Assembly: GCA_001600815.1 (NCBI GenBank)
Contig: BCKZ01000019.1
Span: forward strand, 311,981-375,980
From: Alloascoidea hylecoeti
Lineage: Eukaryota
Length of the DNA stretch: 64,000 bases
Direction: 5' to 3'
The notes beneath the pieces were generated by a model that saw nothing but the letters and a program-made list of their open reading frames with translations, was not told the DNA's origin and searched no databases. The translations under genes and the position numbers were made by a program. This document shows positions 59,952 through 64,000 of the stretch, in pieces. The first letter of the stretch is position 1. Each line of letters opens with the position of its first letter.

Positions 59952-61307
59952 ATGTCTACAACTACAATTTTGAAATCTTTTTTCCCAAATATCATCGTTG
60001 ATGGTGGATTATATGATAAAGCTGAAGAATTTTTCACTTATCATGATTCAAAAGTTAAAGATCTTCCCCTTTTACCAAAACTTGATTCTTTTTTCAATGT
60101 TGAAAGTAAAATTGAAGATGAAAATAAAAATTTAACACCAAAACCAATTCTTTTTGAAACAATTGTTCAAAATCTTGATTTTTTAAATGATTCAAAAAAT
60201 GTTAAAATATCAACAAAAGAATTTGAAAAAATTTATAATTTAATTTTTTATATTATTTCTTTCTCTGAAGATTATAAAACATTAATTGATTTAATTTTAA
60301 AAAAATTTGAAAATTTTGCAAATGAATTAAATGGTCCACAAATTTTAAATTCAATTACAATTTTATTTAATTTATTATCTTCATCTTTAAATGATGAATC
60401 AGATTCAACAGTTGATAATTCAGAATTATTATTTAACATTTTTAATTCAATTTTAAATATAATTGAAAAAACAGAAAATTATAAATTCTTATCAGAATCA
60501 TCTTTTATTAAAAATAAAAAATTATATATAATTTTTAAAAATTGGAAAATTGATAATAATAAACAATTAGAAATTTATTATAAAATTTCAAATTTATTAA
60601 AAAAAAATCCAGAAAATGATAATAAATTAAATAAATTATCATATGAAATTTTATATGAAGGTTTGGAAAATTTACCAATTTCAACTTATCCAATTACAAC
60701 ATCATTGGTTATAACTGCTTTAAATAGTGATTTTATTTATAGATTTAATGATTTATTATCTTTGGAAGCAGTTGATGATTTAAGATTTAGTGAATTAATA
60801 CTTTTTAATCTTTTAACTGTTTTAAATAATGGTGATTTAAATGGTTTTATTGAATTTATTGAAAAAAATCCATTTTTTTTAAAAGAAAATTTAATTGATG
60901 AAAAAATTATCCAAAAAAAAATTACAATTTTATCATTAGTTTCAAAAATATCACAATTGATTTTTAAAAATTCAGATTCAATTTCAAATTCAAATTTAGA
61001 TTCGTCTACTAATTCTTCTTCAAATACTAATCCTAATCCAAATCCAAGAATTATAAAATATTCTGATATTTCAAAATCTCTTAATAATATACCAATTGAT
61101 GATATTGAAACATTAATAATTGATACAATTAAATTAGGATTACTTGAAGGTCAATTAAATCAAATTAAACAAGAATTTGAAGTTAATAAAATTGAATATT
61201 TAGGTTCTTTAAGTGTTAAAGAATGGGAAAATATTAATAAAAAATTAAATGATTTAAAAATAAATATTTCTGAAGTAAGTCAAGTTTTAGAAAATGAAAA
61301 AAAATAA
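59952..61307 (+). CDS. Translation initiation factor eIF3 subunit M (PCI domain)
   Basis: KKITILSLVS...IKYSDISKSL..IPIDDIETLIIDTIKLGLLEGQLNQ...EWENINKKLNDLK is a typical eIF3m C-terminal PCI region; size fits. Confidence 0.8.
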   Translation: MSTTTILKSFFPNIIVDGGLYDKAEEFFTYHDSKVKDLPLLPKLDSFFNVESKIEDENKNLTPKPILFETIVQNLDFLNDSKNVKISTKEFEKIYNLIFYIISFSEDYKTLIDLILKKFENFANELNGPQILNSITILFNLLSSSLNDESDSTVDNSELLFNIFNSILNIIEKTENYKFLSESSFIKNKKLYIIFKNWKIDNNKQLEIYYKISNLLKKNPENDNKLNKLSYEILYEGLENLPISTYPITTSLVITALNSDFIYRFNDLLSLEAVDDLRFSELILFNLLTVLNNGDLNGFIEFIEKNPFFLKENLIDEKIIQKKITILSLVSKISQLIFKNSDSISNSNLDSSTNSSSNTNPNPNPRIIKYSDISKSLNNIPIDDIETLIIDTIKLGLLEGQLNQIKQEFEVNKIEYLGSLSVKEWENINKKLNDLKINISEVSQVLENEKK

Positions 61308-61585
61308 ATGCAATAAGGTAGATCTAGACTGAGATTAAATGTTACACATGGATACATACATGTTTGATATTTAGGTCTGATCTACTACTATTTTTTGTTT
61401 AACATTTGAGAATTTCATTGGGTTATAACAACTTTCTTATATTTAACATATATAATAACAAACGTTATTTCATAGAGATATCGTTATTTCATTTCAATCG
61501 TTATATAAATATTTGATAGTAAAATATATTTTATTCTTTTCAGTAATTCATTAATTCATTAATATTCAACTATTTTTTTAAATTG

Positions 61586-61620
61586 AACGTGTAAACGTGT
61601 AAACGTGTAAACGTGTAAAC
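61586..61620. repeat. (AACGTGTA) x4
   Basis: Read directly; lies between convergent eIF3m and SGF73. Confidence 0.9.
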
Positions 61621-62334
61621 AAACGTATACTAAAAAACATTTCCTCATTTACATTTTCCGACATCTTACCAGATAACATCGTTGTCAACGTTAAGCTTTC
61701 GTTTATAATTAAACTCATAATTTTTATATACTTATCTAGATTTAATTATTCCAATATAATATTGGAAAATCTCATAAACTTATAAATACTTTAAACTACA
61801 TATATCAATATTTACGCCTACAAAAAACTAATTATAGACTCTAAATCCTAATCAATCGGGAATAACAAACCGCCGCGGCGCCAACGGGTTGTGTTAACAA
61901 TTGTCCCATTTCTTAACAACTTTATATAATTGGTTGATATCTCCCCGGACCCTGGAATTGTATCCTTGATATAATTATATAATTATTCTAAATATATTCT
62001 TTTGAAAATGTTTGAAAATACGATATCAGAGATTCAGAGGTAGTTTAATTATAAGCATAAACTTATTTAAAAGTATCAATTTTGACAGAATAGGTGTAAA
62101 CGTTTGATATCAAGCGTCAAATGTAACGTTACAGATAAGCTTAAATATTTTACTATGATATTAATTAATATTATAAATTATTAATAATAATATGATAGAA
62201 TATATATTGATGAAAAAGGGTATAGTCATATTTTAAAATATATACTGTTTAGCTTATAATAGCTATGATATAAACTATATTCCATGCCATGATAAGAAGT
62301 AACCAAAATAAATACAAAAACCTTTAATTAAAAT

Positions 62335-63810
62335 TTAACCTCTTGAACCTTTTAAATTTGAACCTTTTGAACCTCTTGAACTCCTTGGTGATTGTTCCTG
62401 TTTAACCTGTTGAGCTCTCTGAGCTGCTTGAATTTGTTGAACTTGCTGAGCTTGCAATTTCTGAACTTGATGAACTTGATGAACTTGATGAGCTTGTTGT
62501 AATTGAGAATTACGTTGTGATCTTGATCTTGATTGAGAAAATTGTTTTTGTTGTAAAACCATTGAATTTTGATTAACACAAATAATATCATTTGGATTTT
62601 CAACACTAATCATACATGCTTCTCCAAGTATTCTTCCAACACCTGAATTATCTGAACTTTTTGGTGCAAAAGCTTTTGAAAACATTTCTCTCATTCTAAA
62701 AAAATTTGTTCTAACAACAGTTGGTAATATAACTTTACTTTCTAAAGGTATTGGTTCAACTCTTTGAACACCAGAATAAACTTCTTCAACTTCTTCATCT
62801 TCATCTATTGGACCATTTTCTTCTTTTTCAATTGCTAAATGTTGAGCATTTAATAATTCTGTATTTATTGCATGCTTTCTTCTTTGATAATTTGATAATA
62901 AAACATCATAAGTTGCTGATCTACCAGGAACTGATCTTTTTGCAGACATTGAATGTGTTTTACAAGTTAATGATCTTGCACAATATTTACCATTTGGTAA
63001 TTTAACACCACATTGAATTTCAATATTAACTGGTGCATTTTTTTTAGAAATTTGTATTGGTTTTTTAGATTTTAATTTTTTTGTTGTTGATGATTCAAGT
63101 TTTTGCTTCCTTGTTTTTTTATTATTATTTTTTTTATATTTAGTTGGAGTTAGATTATCATTATCATTATCAATTTCATTATCAATTTCATTATCATTTT
63201 CATTATCATTTTCATTATCATTTTCATTATCAGATATTGAGAATGCTTTTCTTTTTTTATTTGGAGTTCCTGGTCTTGAAGAACCATAATCTGAATCACT
63301 TAAAAATGCTGATGACATTCTAACAGATTCACTTCTTTTATTATTATTTTTAATGATTTTTAATGATTTTATTTCTTCTTGTTTTAATTGTTGTTTTTTA
63401 ATACATTTTGTAATATGATTTGAAATAACAGATGATAATATTGGTCTTGAACAATAATTACAAATTCTATAATCTAAAGGTTCAGATAAAGGATTTTTTG
63501 ATTTAAATGATGACGTTAGTGTTAATGAAGAATTTGGTAAAGATGATAATGATTTAACATGAGGATCTGATTCTGGAGATGAATGATCTAAATCATCAAT
63601 ATATGAACCAAAATCTTTCCAAACGACTATTTTAGGTGATGATTTTTTCGTTTTATTGATCATGTTGTTTAAATGTGATGGAGTTTTATCAGTATCATCA
63701 TTATCATTATTTGTTTTAGATTTTGTAGTACCAAAGACTTGTTTTAAAATGGAATCGGATACATGAAGTTGTTGTCCTTTACTCTCGATGTTATTATCTA
63801 TGAAATTCAT
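62335..63810 (-). CDS. SGF73: SAGA deubiquitination module subunit Sgf73 (ataxin-7)
   Basis: N-terminal zinc finger YRICNYCSRPI...HITKC and SCA7 domain QCGVKLPNGKYCARSLTCKTHSMSAKRSVPGRS. Confidence 0.93.
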   Translation of the reverse strand: MNFIDNNIESKGQQLHVSDSILKQVFGTTKSKTNNDNDDTDKTPSHLNNMINKTKKSSPKIVVWKDFGSYIDDLDHSSPESDPHVKSLSSLPNSSLTLTSSFKSKNPLSEPLDYRICNYCSRPILSSVISNHITKCIKKQQLKQEEIKSLKIIKNNNKRSESVRMSSAFLSDSDYGSSRPGTPNKKRKAFSISDNENDNENDNENDNEIDNEIDNDNDNLTPTKYKKNNNKKTRKQKLESSTTKKLKSKKPIQISKKNAPVNIEIQCGVKLPNGKYCARSLTCKTHSMSAKRSVPGRSATYDVLLSNYQRRKHAINTELLNAQHLAIEKEENGPIDEDEEVEEVYSGVQRVEPIPLESKVILPTVVRTNFFRMREMFSKAFAPKSSDNSGVGRILGEACMISVENPNDIICVNQNSMVLQQKQFSQSRSRSQRNSQLQQAHQVHQVHQVQKLQAQQVQQIQAAQRAQQVKQEQSPRSSRGSKGSNLKGSRG

Positions 63811-64000
63811 TAATAAAACGAAATATATAACAAGAAATGATATATATTATTTTTGTATCCTTTTTTTGTGTTTGTGTCTTCGTAGCCACAGTAGTTCAGA
63901 AAAAGTAAAAAATTAATAGTCTACACATACCAAGACCAGATTCAAATTCAAATTCTTTGGTTTTAAACTTATGATTAATCATGTTTAATACAATGAATGA

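Overview
AT-rich (roughly 30% GC by eye) eukaryotic nuclear DNA from an ascomycete yeast. Several genes carry spliceosomal introns (GTA(A/T)GT-type donors, CTAAC branch points, YAG acceptors), and CTG encodes Leu at a conserved position. A velvet protein, eIF3m, a Con7-type zinc finger and a cytochrome-b5-fused fumarate reductase suggest an early-diverging budding yeast rather than Saccharomycetaceae or the CUG clade (inference). About 17 protein genes are present: YCK-type casein kinase I, EAF3, an orphan Kex2-type secreted precursor, acetyl-CoA synthetase, pyruvate kinase, velvet, Con7, BXI1, aldehyde dehydrogenase, a Zn2Cys6 factor, fumarate reductase-b5, actin, SND2, a DUF2235 hydrolase, a Myb/SANT-like protein, eIF3m and SGF73. 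Long intergenic regions hold TA-flanked MITEs, fold-back elements (one nested) and decayed coding relics. The most notable items are: (1) the Cys-Cys palmitoylation tail of casein kinase I is cut off from its ORF by about 300 nt of hairpin-rich sequence inside the polyQ tract; (2) a multi-KR secreted precursor that carries all four N bases of the window in or just upstream of its ORF; (3) a G-U-supported multibranch RNA structure downstream of the Zn2Cys6 gene; (4) a TAGTAG acceptor next to the catalytic serine of the DUF2235 gene; (5) GC-rich islands over some gene 5' ends. No tRNA, rRNA or CRISPR was recognised. All exon structures were derived by eye.
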